DNA of 64,000 nucleotides from assembly GCF_055900595.2 (NCBI RefSeq), contig NZ_CM148325.1. One strand, written 5' to 3'. A program made the translations under genes and the position numbers. The notes under the pieces are model-generated. The model did no database searches. It was not told where the DNA came from and saw nothing but the letters and a program-made list of their open reading frames with translations. Shown here in pieces: positions 10,570 through 22,455 of this stretch (position 1 is the first letter of the stretch; each line of letters begins with the position of its first letter).

Positions 10570-11310
10570 ATGTCTATAGACTGGAACTGGGGTATTTTTT
10601 TACAACAAGCCCCGTTCGGCAACACCACCTATCTTGGTTGGATCTGGAGTGGTTTTCAGGTGACGATCGCTTTGTCGATCTGCGCCTGGATTATCGCTTT
10701 CCTTGTCGGTTCATTTTTCGGCATTTTACGTACCGTTCCAAACCGTTTTCTCTCCGGTCTGGGTACGTTGTATGTCGAACTGTTCCGCAACGTGCCGTTG
10801 ATTGTGCAATTCTTTACCTGGTATCTGGTTATCCCTGAACTGTTGCCGGAAAAAATCGGCATGTGGTTTAAGGCAGAACTAGACCCAAATATTCAGTTTT
10901 TCCTCTCCTCCATGCTCTGTCTGGGACTGTTTACTGCAGCTCGTGTTTGCGAACAAGTACGCGCCGCGATTCAGTCGTTGCCGCGTGGGCAAAAGAATGC
11001 CGCGCTGGCAATGGGTCTGACGCTACCGCAGGCTTACCGCTACGTACTGTTGCCTAACGCTTATCGCGTTATCGTCCCGCCAATGACCTCTGAGATGATG
11101 AACCTGGTAAAAAACTCCGCCATCGCCTCGACCATCGGTCTGGTGGATATGGCGGCGCAGGCCGGTAAATTGCTCGATTACTCGGCCCACGCCTGGGAGT
11201 CATTTACCGCCATTACGCTGGCGTATGTGTTGATTAACGCTTTTATCATGCTGGTGATGACGCTGGTTGAACGTAAAGTTCGCCTGCCCGGCAACATGGG
11301 GGGCAAATAA
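10570..11310 (+). CDS. gltJ: Glutamate/aspartate ABC transporter permease
   Basis: 246 aa polytopic membrane protein; synteny gltIJKL. Confidence 0.9.
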   Translation: MSIDWNWGIFLQQAPFGNTTYLGWIWSGFQVTIALSICAWIIAFLVGSFFGILRTVPNRFLSGLGTLYVELFRNVPLIVQFFTWYLVIPELLPEKIGMWFKAELDPNIQFFLSSMLCLGLFTAARVCEQVRAAIQSLPRGQKNAALAMGLTLPQAYRYVLLPNAYRVIVPPMTSEMMNLVKNSAIASTIGLVDMAAQAGKLLDYSAHAWESFTAITLAYVLINAFIMLVMTLVERKVRLPGNMGGK

Positions 11311-11983
11311 TGTACGAGTTTGACTGGAGTTCCATTGTTCCTTCCCTGCCATATCTGCTCGACGGGCTGGTGATCACCCTGAAAATCACCATCACGGCGG
11401 TGGTCATTGGTATTTTGTGGGGTACGATGCTGGCAGTAATGCGCTTGTCCAGCTTTGCGCCGATTGCCTGGTTTGCCAAAGCCTACGTTAACGTATTCCG
11501 CTCGATTCCTTTAGTCATGGTTTTGCTGTGGTTTTACCTGATTGTGCCGGGTTTTCTGCAAAACGTGCTGGGATTATCGCCAAAAAATGATATCCGTTTA
11601 ATTTCGGCGATGGTGGCGTTTTCGATGTTTGAAGCGGCCTACTATTCAGAGATTATCCGTGCCGGTATTCAAAGTATTTCCCGTGGGCAGTCGAGCGCCG
11701 CGCTGGCGTTGGGGATGACTCACTGGCAGTCGATGAAACTGATTATTCTGCCGCAGGCGTTCCGCGCTATGGTGCCGCTGCTGCTCACTCAGGGCATCGT
11801 ACTGTTCCAGGATACCTCACTGGTGTATGTGTTATCTCTGGCCGATTTCTTCCGTACCGCCTCAACCATTGGTGAGCGTGATGGTACACAGGTCGAAATG
11901 ATTCTGTTTGCCGGGTTTGTTTATTTCGTTATTAGCCTTAGCGCATCGTTGTTGGTCAGCTACTTGAAAAGAAGGACAGCATA

Positions 11984-11984
<1 letters not shown>
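11310..11984 (+). CDS. gltK: Glutamate/aspartate ABC transporter permease
   Basis: 224 aa; start overlaps the gltJ stop by 1 nt; ABC permease. Confidence 0.9.
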
Positions 11985-12709
<725 letters not shown>

Positions 12710-12826
12710 TCACTCTGGCGCGCATACCCAAGTGCGCGCCATCTCACGCTTTCTCGTTTCGGCCCTCGTATCTGTTACATCCTGGCGTTACCCTTGTCGC
12801 AAAGAAGCACACAACAAGGAGCAACA

Positions 12827-13762
12827 ATGGCACTGCCAATTCTGTTAGATTGCGATCCAGGTCATGACGACGCTATCGCAATAGTTCTCGCCCTCGCCTC
12901 ACCAGAGCTTGATGTCAAAGCAATTACGTCTTCCGCCGGAAACCAGACACCAGAAAAAACCTTACGCAATGTTCTGCGTATGCTGACCTTGCTTAATCGC
13001 ACCGATATTCCGGTAGCAGGCGGCGCGGTAAAACCATTAATGCGTGATTTGATTATCGCGGACAATGTGCACGGCGAAAGCGGTCTCGACGGCCCTGCAT
13101 TACCGGAACCGACGTTCGCACCGCAAAACTGTACGGCGGTGGAGTTGATGGCGAAAACGCTGCGTGAAAGTGCGGAACCTGTCACGATTGTTTCTACCGG
13201 ACCGCAAACTAACGTTGCCTTGCTGCTCAATAGCCACCCGGAACTGCATAGCAAAATCGCCCGAATCGTGATTATGGGCGGCGCAATGGGGATTGGTAAC
13301 TGGACGCCAGCCGCCGAGTTTAATATTTATGTTGACCCGGAAGCGGCAGAAATTGTCTTCCAGTCAGGGATCCCGGTGGTGATGGCCGGTCTGGATGTTA
13401 CTCACAAAGCGCAAATTTACGTTGAGGACACCGAGCGTTTCCGCGCGATTGGCAACCCTGTTTCAACCATTGTTGCCGAACTGCTGGATTTCTTCCTCGA
13501 ATATCATAAAGACGAAAAATGGGGCTTTGTTGGCGCACCGCTGCATGACCCATGCACCATCGCCTGGCTGTTGAAACCAGAGTTGTTTACCACTGTTGAG
13601 CGCTGGGTTGGCGTGGAAACACAAGGGAAATATACCCAGGGTATGACGGTTGTTGATTATTATTATCTGACCGGCAATAAACCGAATGCTACTGTAATGG
13701 TCGATGTTGATCGTCAGGGCTTTGTTGATTTACTGGCTGATCGTCTGAAATTTTACGCTTAA
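12827..13762 (+). CDS. rihA: Pyrimidine-specific ribonucleoside hydrolase
   Basis: 311 aa from the ATG at 12827 (SD aagga); nucleoside hydrolase motif [17 protein letters not shown]. Confidence 0.9.
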   Translation: MALPILLDCDPGHDDAIAIVLALASPELDVKAITSSAGNQTPEKTLRNVLRMLTLLNRTDIPVAGGAVKPLMRDLIIADNVHGESGLDGPALPEPTFAPQNCTAVELMAKTLRESAEPVTIVSTGPQTNVALLLNSHPELHSKIARIVIMGGAMGIGNWTPAAEFNIYVDPEAAEIVFQSGIPVVMAGLDVTHKAQIYVEDTERFRAIGNPVSTIVAELLDFFLEYHKDEKWGFVGAPLHDPCTIAWLLKPELFTTVERWVGVETQGKYTQGMTVVDYYYLTGNKPNATVMVDVDRQGFVDLLADRLKFYA

Positions 13763-13773
13763 CACACGTCATT

Positions 13774-13826
13774 GATTAAGATCACCACGCGTTACCTGGG
13801 TGGTCTTAATCTGTTTATCTCTTTTT
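13774..13826 (+). terminator. Candidate intrinsic terminator after rihA
   Basis: Stem gattaagatcacc / ggtggtcttaatc (12 of 13 bp) followed by T-rich tgtttatctctttttcc. Confidence 0.45.
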
Positions 13827-13845
13827 CCTTTAAGATATAAATGCA

Positions 13846-15516
13846 ATGGATAATGCAGAACTCGCCATTGGTATCGATCTCGGTACTACCAATAGTTTAA
13901 TTGCCGTCTGGAAAGACGGTGCCGCGCAATTAATTCCAAATAAGTTCGGTGAATATTTAACACCATCCATAATTAGCATGGATGAAAATAATCATATTTT
14001 AGTCGGAAAACCCGCTGTATCACGGCGCACTTCGCATCCGGATAAAACGGCAGCGTTATTTAAACGTGCAATGGGCAGTAATACCAACTGGCGGTTAGGC
14101 AGCGACACATTTAACGCGCCTGAACTGTCCTCTTTGGTATTACGCTCATTAAAAGAAGATGCCGAAGAATTTCTGCAACGTCCGATTAAAGATGTGGTGA
14201 TCTCCGTTCCGGCTTATTTCAGCGATGAACAACGCAAGCATACCCGTTTAGCAGCGGAGTTAGCCGGGTTAAATGCGGTACGCTTAATTAATGAACCCAC
14301 AGCAGCTGCGATGGCATATGGCCTGCATACGCAACAAAATACCCGCTCGCTGGTTTTTGATCTCGGTGGCGGCACGTTTGACGTCACGGTGCTCGAATAC
14401 GCCACGCCGGTGATTGAAGTTCACGCCTCCGCTGGCGACAACTTTCTTGGCGGCGAAGATTTTACTCATATGCTGGTGGATGAAGTTTTAAAACGCGCCG
14501 CAGTGGCTAAAAACATGCTCAACGAAAGTGAGCTGGCAGCCCTGTACACCAGCGTGGAAGCGGCAAAATGCAGCAATCAATTACCGCTGCAAATTAGCTG
14601 GCAGTATCAGGAAGAAACGCGTGAGTGCGAATTTTACGAGAACGAACTGGAAGATTTGTGGTTGCCGCTGCTCAATCGCTTGCGAGTGCCGATTGAACAG
14701 GCGTTGCGCGATGCACGTCTGAAGCCAAGTCAAATCGACAGTCTGGTGCTGGTTGGCGGCGCATCACAAATGCCGCTGGTGCAGCGAATCGCCGTGCGTC
14801 TGTTTGGCAAATTACCGTATCAAAGTTACGACCCGAGTACTATTGTCGCGCTGGGCGCAGCGATCCAGGCCGCCTGCCGCTTACGCAGCGAAGACATTGA
14901 AGAAGTGATCCTCACCGATATTTGCCCCTACTCCTTAGGTGTTGAAGTTAACCGCCAGGGCGTTTCCGGCATTTTCTCACCGATTATTGAACGAAACACC
15001 ACTGTACCGGTGTCGCGTGTAGAAACTTACTCGACCATGCACCCGGAACAGGATTCAATTACGGTTAACGTCTATCAGGGAGAAAACCACAAAGTTAAAA
15101 ATAACATTCTGGTAGAATCCTTCGATGTGCCGTTGAAGAAAACCGGGGCTTATCAGTCGATTGATATTCGCTTTAGTTATGATATCAACGGGTTGCTTGA
15201 AGTTGACGTGCTTCTGGAAGACGGCAGCGTTAAGTCCAGAGTCATTAACCACAGTCCTGTAACATTGAGCGCACAGCAGATTGAAGAGAGTCGGACGCGG
15301 TTATCCGCATTGAAAATTTATCCGCGCGATATGCTCATCAACCGCACCTTTAAGGCCAAACTGGAAGAGTTGTGGGCGCGGGCGCTGGGTGACGAGCGAG
15401 AAGAGATCGGCCGGGTGATCACCGATTTTGATGCGGCGTTGCAGTCAAACGATATGGCCCGCGTCGATGAAGTTCGGCGACGGGCGAGCGATTATTTGGC
15501 TATTGAGATCCCTTAA
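13846..15516 (+). CDS. hscC: Hsp70-family chaperone HscC (Hsc62)
   Basis: 556 aa; Hsp70 ATPase motif IDLGTTNS near the N-terminus, DLGGGTFD, substrate-binding domain. Confidence 0.95.
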   Translation: MDNAELAIGIDLGTTNSLIAVWKDGAAQLIPNKFGEYLTPSIISMDENNHILVGKPAVSRRTSHPDKTAALFKRAMGSNTNWRLGSDTFNAPELSSLVLRSLKEDAEEFLQRPIKDVVISVPAYFSDEQRKHTRLAAELAGLNAVRLINEPTAAAMAYGLHTQQNTRSLVFDLGGGTFDVTVLEYATPVIEVHASAGDNFLGGEDFTHMLVDEVLKRAAVAKNMLNESELAALYTSVEAAKCSNQLPLQISWQYQEETRECEFYENELEDLWLPLLNRLRVPIEQALRDARLKPSQIDSLVLVGGASQMPLVQRIAVRLFGKLPYQSYDPSTIVALGAAIQAACRLRSEDIEEVILTDICPYSLGVEVNRQGVSGIFSPIIERNTTVPVSRVETYSTMHPEQDSITVNVYQGENHKVKNNILVESFDVPLKKTGAYQSIDIRFSYDINGLLEVDVLLEDGSVKSRVINHSPVTLSAQQIEESRTRLSALKIYPRDMLINRTFKAKLEELWARALGDEREEIGRVITDFDAALQSNDMARVDEVRRRASDYLAIEIP

Positions 15517-15520
15517 ACAC

Positions 15521-15562
15521 GGCTGCCGGATGCGGCATAAACGCTGCATTCGGCATCGGCGC
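15521..15562. repeat. REP-like palindromic element between hscC and djlC
   Basis: gctgccggatgcggcataaacgctgcattcggcatcggcgc resembles the REP consensus (gccggatgcg...); extragenic between convergent genes. Confidence 0.5.
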
Positions 15563-15575
15563 AAAAAACACATCC

Positions 15576-17027
15576 TCAGCTAAACAACATCGCGATTTTT
15601 CCGAGAGCATAACCTATCACCAGCACCGTTAAGCTGATTTTGATAATGCTGGTAATGCTCTGTGGTTTTTCATCCTCATCATTTTTTTCTTCGTGGTTTT
15701 CAGGTGTTGGCTCATCGACATCTTCATCCTCCGGCTCGAGTTTCACTTTCGTCAACAGCATCCGCGTGATAATGGCCTCTAATGGATGAGCATCTCCACC
15801 TTCCAGCCTTGTATTAAGACGGGCCAGCATCTCTTGTTTCGGGAACGCTTCCAGCACAACCTGTTCCGCTACCCGATACAAATCCAGTAACGGTGAATCT
15901 TGTTCTGTCTCGCTACCGACTCTCGATTTCCACCATGCCCATGTTTTGCGCTTGAAGAATAACGACTCAATAAACGATTGACCTAACGGCGATAATTTTC
16001 CGCTATGTAAAATTTCCGCCCATAACAGCCTCGTCCGGGCGCTCTCACCAGGAACATATTTCAGCGGCTTACCTTGCGCATCAACCATGCTTCGCGCTTC
16101 GATAACCATCACTAACAGCGCGAAGTAATCCGGGCAATGTTGCGCACTCCACTGCAGTAATAAATTATCGGCTTGTGTAGATGGATAACTTTCCCAGTAA
16201 CCACAGAGATCGGCAAGCATGCTTTCACCCTCGCCGCAGTATAACCGTTGCGCACACTGGTAATATCGGGCATCTTCACTTTCTGGTTCTTCCGTTTGCC
16301 ACTGTTGCGCTACAGAAATGAGTTCCGCCATACCTGTTTGCACCGAGCTATACCAGCGCAACAATTTGCGATGCAACTTCGCATCATCGGGAATGAACCA
16401 CGGACCTTCCATCGCCAAAAACGCAGTGACATAGTCAGGGTGATAACGGCAGCAGCGTTCCAATGCGAAGTAATACTCAACAGTCTGGTTCTGCAACGCG
16501 ACGGGATATTCCAGAAGGCTTAGAAAATCGAAACAATCCCCGGCCTGAATGGCCTCAAGAAAAGCCTCCCGTTCTTCCTCGTCCATGCCTTCACTTTCAT
16601 TAAATGAATGCCAGTTCAAACGCTCTGCCAGCAAAGAAGCACAATTTAATGAAAGATATCGCGCTTCTGTAGCGATTGCACACAGCGGCCAGCGTAATTG
16701 ATCGACATCCTCCATGTTCCAGGTATTTAATTGCTGAATAAATTTCTGCCAGGCGGAGGGCTGAAAACGATCGCTTTCCGAAGCCAGTAAGGTTCTGAAC
16801 GCTTTCAGTGCTTCGTGCTCTTCTGCAAGATTTTTCTCGTCATCAGCATTTTTTTCGTCCGGATTGACAGCCAGTCGCAGCGCCTCTTCATAGGCCTGGC
16901 GTAATGCTTTAAACCCCTGCGGATCGGTTTCGGGATGACACAACGGTAAGCGAGCAAGATAAGCCTGGCGGATACTGTCTATTTGCGTCGTGCTTTCAAT
17001 TTCGAGGATTTGCCAACATGTTTTCAT
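15576..17027 (-). CDS. djlC: J-domain-like co-chaperone of HscC with C-terminal membrane anchor
   Basis: 483 aa; N-terminus [11 protein letters not shown]...LCHPETDP (J-domain-like, HPE tripeptide); C-terminal hydrophobic tail [26 protein letters not shown]; ATG overlaps the ybeU stop (ATGA). Confidence 0.9.
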   Translation of the reverse strand: MKTCWQILEIESTTQIDSIRQAYLARLPLCHPETDPQGFKALRQAYEEALRLAVNPDEKNADDEKNLAEEHEALKAFRTLLASESDRFQPSAWQKFIQQLNTWNMEDVDQLRWPLCAIATEARYLSLNCASLLAERLNWHSFNESEGMDEEEREAFLEAIQAGDCFDFLSLLEYPVALQNQTVEYYFALERCCRYHPDYVTAFLAMEGPWFIPDDAKLHRKLLRWYSSVQTGMAELISVAQQWQTEEPESEDARYYQCAQRLYCGEGESMLADLCGYWESYPSTQADNLLLQWSAQHCPDYFALLVMVIEARSMVDAQGKPLKYVPGESARTRLLWAEILHSGKLSPLGQSFIESLFFKRKTWAWWKSRVGSETEQDSPLLDLYRVAEQVVLEAFPKQEMLARLNTRLEGGDAHPLEAIITRMLLTKVKLEPEDEDVDEPTPENHEEKNDEDEKPQSITSIIKISLTVLVIGYALGKIAMLFS

Positions 17028-17731
17028 AGGTCGCTCACATCCTTAAGCGTTACCGGGCATTCAGGCTGGACAATTAATGGCTGCCAGGGAAGCGTGGCAT
17101 AGAAACGATCGCTTCCCGCTGCCAACTCCTCGAACATCCGACTCCCGGCGTTATCGTATTTGTACAGGGTTAGCGCCTCGCGTAGCGAAGCGTTGTCTTC
17201 ACACTGGGAAGATTGCCAGTAGAGACGTCCTAATGAATAGGCGGCAAAATAGTGAATCCAGCTGTGATAATAATGGTGAGCTCGTACATAAACGCGCGAT
17301 TGCAGCCATAAACTCTCTTCTTCCGTCAGCCAATTGTTGAGCACACCGACCCGCGATAAAAACCCCATCCGCACATAATCCCAGGCTTTGATTCCCCCTT
17401 CCCCACAACACATAGCGGTTTGGGCAACGAATTGGGTATAAATCAACCCTCTCTCCGAGCCGCCAGCAATTAATGTTTTCCACTCTTCAGGGGAAGAGCG
17501 ATGCCATGTCAGATATAAGCCAGCTAAATCATTGGCATGACCATCATCGGTCATCTGATAAATAGTCTGAATTAAATCATCACGATTATTTATTCCCCAG
17601 GATGATGAGAGATCGAATTCTTTTATCCCAGTATACATTTTTGGCGAGTCATGCGCTGGCTTGCAACCCTGATTAAGTATTTCCATGGGTGCAGAAAGCG
17701 CAAAAAGAAGATATTGTTCTTCCTTATTCAT
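17024..17731 (-). CDS. ybeU: DUF1266-family protein
   Basis: 235 aa; paralogous to the downstream ybeR product (shared blocks FALSAPMEI / [41 protein letters not shown]). Confidence 0.85.
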   Translation of the reverse strand: MNKEEQYLLFALSAPMEILNQGCKPAHDSPKMYTGIKEFDLSSSWGINNRDDLIQTIYQMTDDGHANDLAGLYLTWHRSSPEEWKTLIAGGSERGLIYTQFVAQTAMCCGEGGIKAWDYVRMGFLSRVGVLNNWLTEEESLWLQSRVYVRAHHYYHSWIHYFAAYSLGRLYWQSSQCEDNASLREALTLYKYDNAGSRMFEELAAGSDRFYATLPWQPLIVQPECPVTLKDVSDL

Positions 17732-17831
17732 TTGTTAATAATCCCTTAAGTGCATTAACTGACTACTTTTTTATTATCGATGAGTATAAACTTGACGTTT
17801 TCAAAATAAAAGAAAATAGAAGTATTCATGC

Positions 17832-18386
17832 ATGAATAAAAAATTAATATATATATTCGCAATATTTATAGTTGCGGCAATTACCTGTATTAGCCAACCC
17901 AACAAAACGACCCTGCGCGATAAAGCTATGGCGAATTATGTCTTTGATTATTTAAGCTCACCGGGCAGTCTTCCGTTTACCACGGCAGCAACAGAGCTTT
18001 CCGCCATTCATGGTCACTCAACGTCGCAATATAGACTTGGCGAATTTTATCTTCATGGTAGCGATGGTAAGCCTCTGGATTATACAAAGGCGAGATACTG
18101 GTATGAGCAATCAGCGGAACAGGAAAATCCACGCGCGCAAAGTCAACTGGGATGGATCTACCTGAAAGGTTTGGGAGTCAATCCCGATACCCGTAAAGCA
18201 ATTCTCTGGCATAAGGAAGCAGCTGAACAAGGGCATGTTCATGCACAATACACGTTGGGTTTGATCTACAGAAACGGCACGGGCATTAGCACCAACAATT
18301 ATGAAGCTCGCAAATGGTTAGAACTGGCGGCAGAGCAACATTATAAAAATGCGGAAAGATTACTTGCAGAGCTTCCCGCACATTAA
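17832..18386 (+). CDS. ybeT: Sel1-repeat (TPR-like) protein
   Basis: 184 aa; N-terminal signal/TM segment followed by Sel1-type repeats ([30 protein letters not shown]). Confidence 0.85.
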   Translation: MNKKLIYIFAIFIVAAITCISQPNKTTLRDKAMANYVFDYLSSPGSLPFTTAATELSAIHGHSTSQYRLGEFYLHGSDGKPLDYTKARYWYEQSAEQENPRAQSQLGWIYLKGLGVNPDTRKAILWHKEAAEQGHVHAQYTLGLIYRNGTGISTNNYEARKWLELAAEQHYKNAERLLAELPAH

Positions 18387-18395
18387 CGTCGACTT

Positions 18396-19823
18396 TCACC
18401 CGAACAGATGAAGTATTTTCCCTATCAAACCGGCAAAGATAAAAATATAGAAAATAATTTTAATGATGCCCAGACAGCCCGGCCCACCATCGTCAACGGG
18501 CATTGGCTGCGGTTGCGGCTCCGGCTTGACGGTTTGTTGCCCGGCAAAATTCGCCGACTGAATTAATAATCGTCGAATTATTAATGCGTCCAGAGGACAA
18601 CGATCTTCTGCATCAAGGCGGGCGACGATCGGCATCAATGATTCTTCTGTCGGTTGGCTGGTCTTCACTAATTGTTTAGCAACTAAATATAATGGCCATA
18701 AGGGATGTTCTGTATCACGCGTGAGTGAGATTCGCGGCTTACGCCCTTTGTGCAAAACCATCTCAACCAGAGAACGCCCCAGCGCAGAGAGTTTCTCATC
18801 GCTGAGTATTTCGTATAATTGAAAGCGCGTACGCGCACTGTCGCCAGGAACATAAAGTAACGGTTTCCCCTGATCGTTAACCAGTTCACGTGCTTCAATC
18901 ATCATCACGACTAACGGGTAATAATCGACCCGATGCTGACGGCACCATTGCAACATTAATACATCTGCCTGGGTCGAGGGAGACTCGCGCCAGAAGTCAC
19001 AAAGTTCTGCCAGCAAGCTTTCGCCTTCTCCACAATAGACGCGTTGCGCGTATTCATAATAACGCGCATCTTCATTATCAGGTTCAGTTTCCCGCCATGA
19101 CCGGGCGTAGTCCAGGAGTTCGGGTATTCCCAGGCGGACTGCGCTATACCAGCACAGTAAATTTCTGTGCAGTTTTACATCATCGGGGATAATTACCGCA
19201 CGATGTTGCGATAAATATAATGTCAGCCATTCTGGATGCGATGACCAAATCCGCGCGAACATTTGGTAAAAATCAATGGTTTCATTTTGCACGGCAACAG
19301 GCAGATGCAGAATGGTCTGGAAGTTAAAAACATTCCCCTTCGCAATGGCATATAAAAAGGATTCCAGTTCTTCTTCGTCTATTTCCCCGGTGTTTTCCTC
19401 CTGTCGCCACCGCAATCTTTCTGCTAATAAAGCCACGCACTCGAAGGATAAATGGGCAGTGTTCATGGCTATTGTGCACAGTGACCAGCGTAATTCATCA
19501 ATATCTTCCATCGAGCAATAATTTAATTGCTGAATGAATCGCTGCCAGGCAGAGGGCAGAAAACGTTCGCTATCAGAGGCGAGTAACGCACGAAAGGCGA
19601 ACAGTATTTCATGTTCTGCAACTTCATGTTCTTCTGGTTGCCAAACAGATTTAGCAGGCGACTGCGCAATCCGTAGCGCGTCCTCATACGCCTGACGAAG
19701 TTGTTTAAAACCCTGCGGATCGGTTTCTGGATGAAAGGACGGTAACAGCGCCAGATAAGCGCGGCGGATAATATCGACTTCAGTCGTTTCCTCTATTTCG
19801 AGAATCTTCCAGCAATTTTTCAT
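18396..19823 (-). CDS. djlB: J-domain-like co-chaperone with C-terminal membrane anchor (DjlC paralog)
   Basis: 475 aa; N-terminus [36 protein letters not shown]; C-terminal hydrophobic tail; ATG overlaps the ybeR stop. Confidence 0.9.
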   Translation of the reverse strand: MKNCWKILEIEETTEVDIIRRAYLALLPSFHPETDPQGFKQLRQAYEDALRIAQSPAKSVWQPEEHEVAEHEILFAFRALLASDSERFLPSAWQRFIQQLNYCSMEDIDELRWSLCTIAMNTAHLSFECVALLAERLRWRQEENTGEIDEEELESFLYAIAKGNVFNFQTILHLPVAVQNETIDFYQMFARIWSSHPEWLTLYLSQHRAVIIPDDVKLHRNLLCWYSAVRLGIPELLDYARSWRETEPDNEDARYYEYAQRVYCGEGESLLAELCDFWRESPSTQADVLMLQWCRQHRVDYYPLVVMMIEARELVNDQGKPLLYVPGDSARTRFQLYEILSDEKLSALGRSLVEMVLHKGRKPRISLTRDTEHPLWPLYLVAKQLVKTSQPTEESLMPIVARLDAEDRCPLDALIIRRLLIQSANFAGQQTVKPEPQPQPMPVDDGGPGCLGIIKIIFYIFIFAGLIGKILHLFG

Positions 19824-20527
19824 AGGTCGCTCATATCCTTAAGCGTTTCCGGGCATGCAGAATAGTAAGCCAATGGTTGCCAGGACAAGGTAGGGTAATA
19901 CGCATCATCACTGGCAAATAATTGATAAAACATATCATTGCCGGAATCGTCGTATTCTTTACGCGCTAAAAATTCACGTAATAACTGAAGATTATCATCT
20001 TCGGGAGACTGCCAATATTGCCGACCAAAGGTATAACCGGCAAAGTATTGCTGCCAGTTACTATAATAACGTAGCGCCCGTAGATGAATGCGCGACTGGA
20101 TCCATAGACTTTCTTCTTCGCTCAACCAGTTATTAAGTACGCCCATTCGGCTTAAAAAACCCATCCGGACATAATCCCAGGCTTTGATTCCCCCTTCGCC
20201 ACAGCATTCGGCGGTGCTGGCGACAAATTGCGCATAAGCCTGACCTTGCTCATTTAGTTCAGCAAGATAATCACGCCATTCACATGGAGAATAACGAAAC
20301 CAGCGGTGATAAAGCCCTGCCAACCGAGCGGCATGACCGTTATCGATCATTCGGTGAATTGTACGCAGCAGGTCATCACGGTCATCAATTCCCCATGAGG
20401 AAGAAAGGTCAAAAAAGCATGTACCTAAATACATTTTGGGGGATGAATGCGAAGGTAAACAGCATTCATTGCGTATTTCCATCGGAGTGGAAAGTGCAAA
20501 CAATATTTTTTGCGACTCCATGTCCAT
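19820..20527 (-). CDS. ybeR: DUF1266-family protein (YbeU paralog)
   Basis: 235 aa from the ATG at 20527 ([18 protein letters not shown]); the ORF track extends 12 codons further upstream. Confidence 0.85.
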   Translation of the reverse strand: MDMESQKILFALSTPMEIRNECCLPSHSSPKMYLGTCFFDLSSSWGIDDRDDLLRTIHRMIDNGHAARLAGLYHRWFRYSPCEWRDYLAELNEQGQAYAQFVASTAECCGEGGIKAWDYVRMGFLSRMGVLNNWLSEEESLWIQSRIHLRALRYYSNWQQYFAGYTFGRQYWQSPEDDNLQLLREFLARKEYDDSGNDMFYQLFASDDAYYPTLSWQPLAYYSACPETLKDMSDL

Positions 20528-20690
20528 ATAATTTATCCTTAAACATTCATTTAATGAATACAAACTACATTGCGAGACTCAGTTATTTATACTTTTCTGA
20601 CGCAACATAATACGCATAAAATAAGGCTTACGCAAAAATGGAATACATAAAAATATAATATGTTTTATCTACAACCATAAGGAAATGATA

Positions 20691-21668
20691 ATGATTTTTA
20701 CGTCAAGTTGCTGCGATAATTTATCAATAGATGAGATTATCGAACGTGCTGAAAAAGGCGATTGCGAGGCTCAATATATTGTTGGGTTTTATTATAATCG
20801 CGATAGCGCAATTGACTCTCCGGACGACGAAAAGGCCTTTTACTGGCTGAAGCTGGCCGCTGAGCAAGGTCATTGTGAAGCACAATATTCCTTAGGGCAA
20901 AAGTATACCGAGGATAAAAGCCGTCATAAAGATAATGGGCAAGCCATCTTTTGGCTGAAAAAAGCTGCCCTACAAGGCCATACTTTCGCTTCCAACGCCC
21001 TTGGCTGGATACTGGATCGTGGAGAAGACCCCAACTATAAAGAAGCGGTTGCCTGGTATCAGATAGCCGCGGAGAGCGGAATGTCTTATGCGCAAAATAA
21101 TCTTGGGTGGATGTACAGAAATGGCAACGGAGTCACACAAGATTATGCGCTGGCATTTTTCTGGTACAAACAAGCTGCATTGCAAGGCCATAGTTACGCA
21201 CAAGACAATCTGGCCGATCTTTATGAAGACGGTAAAGGTGTTGCCCAAAACAAAGCTCTTGCCGCATTCTGGTATTTGAAAAGCGCACAGCAAGGTAATC
21301 GGCACGCTCAATTTCAAATTGCGTGGGATTATAACGCTGGCGAAGGGGTTGACCAGGACTATAAGCAAGCAATGTACTGGTATCTGAAGGCTGCCGCTCA
21401 GGAAAGCGTCGGCGCTTACGTTAACATCGGCTATATGTATAAACACGGTCAAGGCGTTGAGAAGGATTATCAGGCCGCCTTTGAATGGTTTACGAAAGCC
21501 GCTGAATGCGATAATGCCACTGCCTGGTATAACCTTGCCATTATGTATCATTACGGAGAAGGAAGACCTGTCGATCTCCGACAGGCTCTCGATCTGTATC
21601 GTAAAGTTCAGTCATCCGGTACCAGGGATGTCAGTCAAAAAATCCGTGAGATTGAAGATTTACTGTAG
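20691..21668 (+). CDS. ybeQ: Sel1-repeat protein
   Basis: 325 aa from the ATG at 20691 (SD aagga, 7 nt spacing); multiple Sel1 repeats (AQYSLGQKY, AQNNLGWMYRNGNGV, AQDNLADLYEDGKGV and others). Confidence 0.85.
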   Translation: MIFTSSCCDNLSIDEIIERAEKGDCEAQYIVGFYYNRDSAIDSPDDEKAFYWLKLAAEQGHCEAQYSLGQKYTEDKSRHKDNGQAIFWLKKAALQGHTFASNALGWILDRGEDPNYKEAVAWYQIAAESGMSYAQNNLGWMYRNGNGVTQDYALAFFWYKQAALQGHSYAQDNLADLYEDGKGVAQNKALAAFWYLKSAQQGNRHAQFQIAWDYNAGEGVDQDYKQAMYWYLKAAAQESVGAYVNIGYMYKHGQGVEKDYQAAFEWFTKAAECDNATAWYNLAIMYHYGEGRPVDLRQALDLYRKVQSSGTRDVSQKIREIEDLL

Positions 21669-21737
21669 AGATAAAAACAAGGGCCGGGGAATTTTATTCG
21701 GCCCATATTCTCTTTATTGCTGTTTGAAATCGGACCA

Positions 21738-22220
21738 TTAAGGCTCGAACGGGCGTCTCTGGAACTGATCATGACCACATTTCGGGCATAGCGTCAGCAC
21801 TTCCGGTGTGTAGATTGGGAGATGGAAGTGACATTTCTCGCAGACCAGATTCCCCAGACCTACGACTTCCCCGCTGTGATAAACCCCGTGATGATTGAGG
21901 TCCTGGAAAACTTCGCGCCATTCAAGCTGCGTTTTATCGGTGATGTCTGCCAGTTCCTGCCACAAGCTTTCTTTAATCACCCGCATAAAGACGCTGTCAG
22001 ACTCTTCTTTCAGGCTCTCTTCATAGCTCATGGCGAACTCTTCCAGGTCACGTCTGACAGCTCGCGTCAGCTCATCGACCTCGGTTCGCGTTAACTCCCC
22101 TGTTTTTATTACGCGCTCGCGCGCCTGTTCCACCAGTGCGTCGATATCACGTTCGCCATTACGCAGGCGTTCGCTCAGTGACGCGACCAGTTCACGGTAA
22201 TATTGAGCAACCTTGTTCAT
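21738..22220 (-). CDS. ybeL: DUF1451-family protein with C-terminal Cys4 zinc-ribbon
   Basis: 160 aa; C-terminal CEKCHF...CPKCGH zinc-ribbon-like motif. Confidence 0.85.
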   Translation of the reverse strand: MNKVAQYYRELVASLSERLRNGERDIDALVEQARERVIKTGELTRTEVDELTRAVRRDLEEFAMSYEESLKEESDSVFMRVIKESLWQELADITDKTQLEWREVFQDLNHHGVYHSGEVVGLGNLVCEKCHFHLPIYTPEVLTLCPKCGHDQFQRRPFEP

Positions 22221-22455
22221 CGTTTCATCTCCCGGGTCGTTAACTGACTATAATAATAGACGTTCTTTGTTCCTTGCTTTGCTATTACGCCCACAAACTC
22301 TGTAAATTAATGTATGAATAATCCGGGCATCATTTCAACGTCGAGTGCGCGAAAGGCTGTTTTGACGCGGACGTTTGGGCTATGCTATGCGGATCTGAAA
22401 AACCACCTCTAACGCTACTTTTGTAGCCGTATTGAAAACAGGACCACTGGCTGCC

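Noticed and set aside
21681-21704. Hairpin gggccg...cggccc between convergent ybeQ and ybeL as a bidirectional terminator
   Set aside because: Only a 6-bp stem with a 12-nt loop and weak flanking T/A runs; too weak to call confidently.
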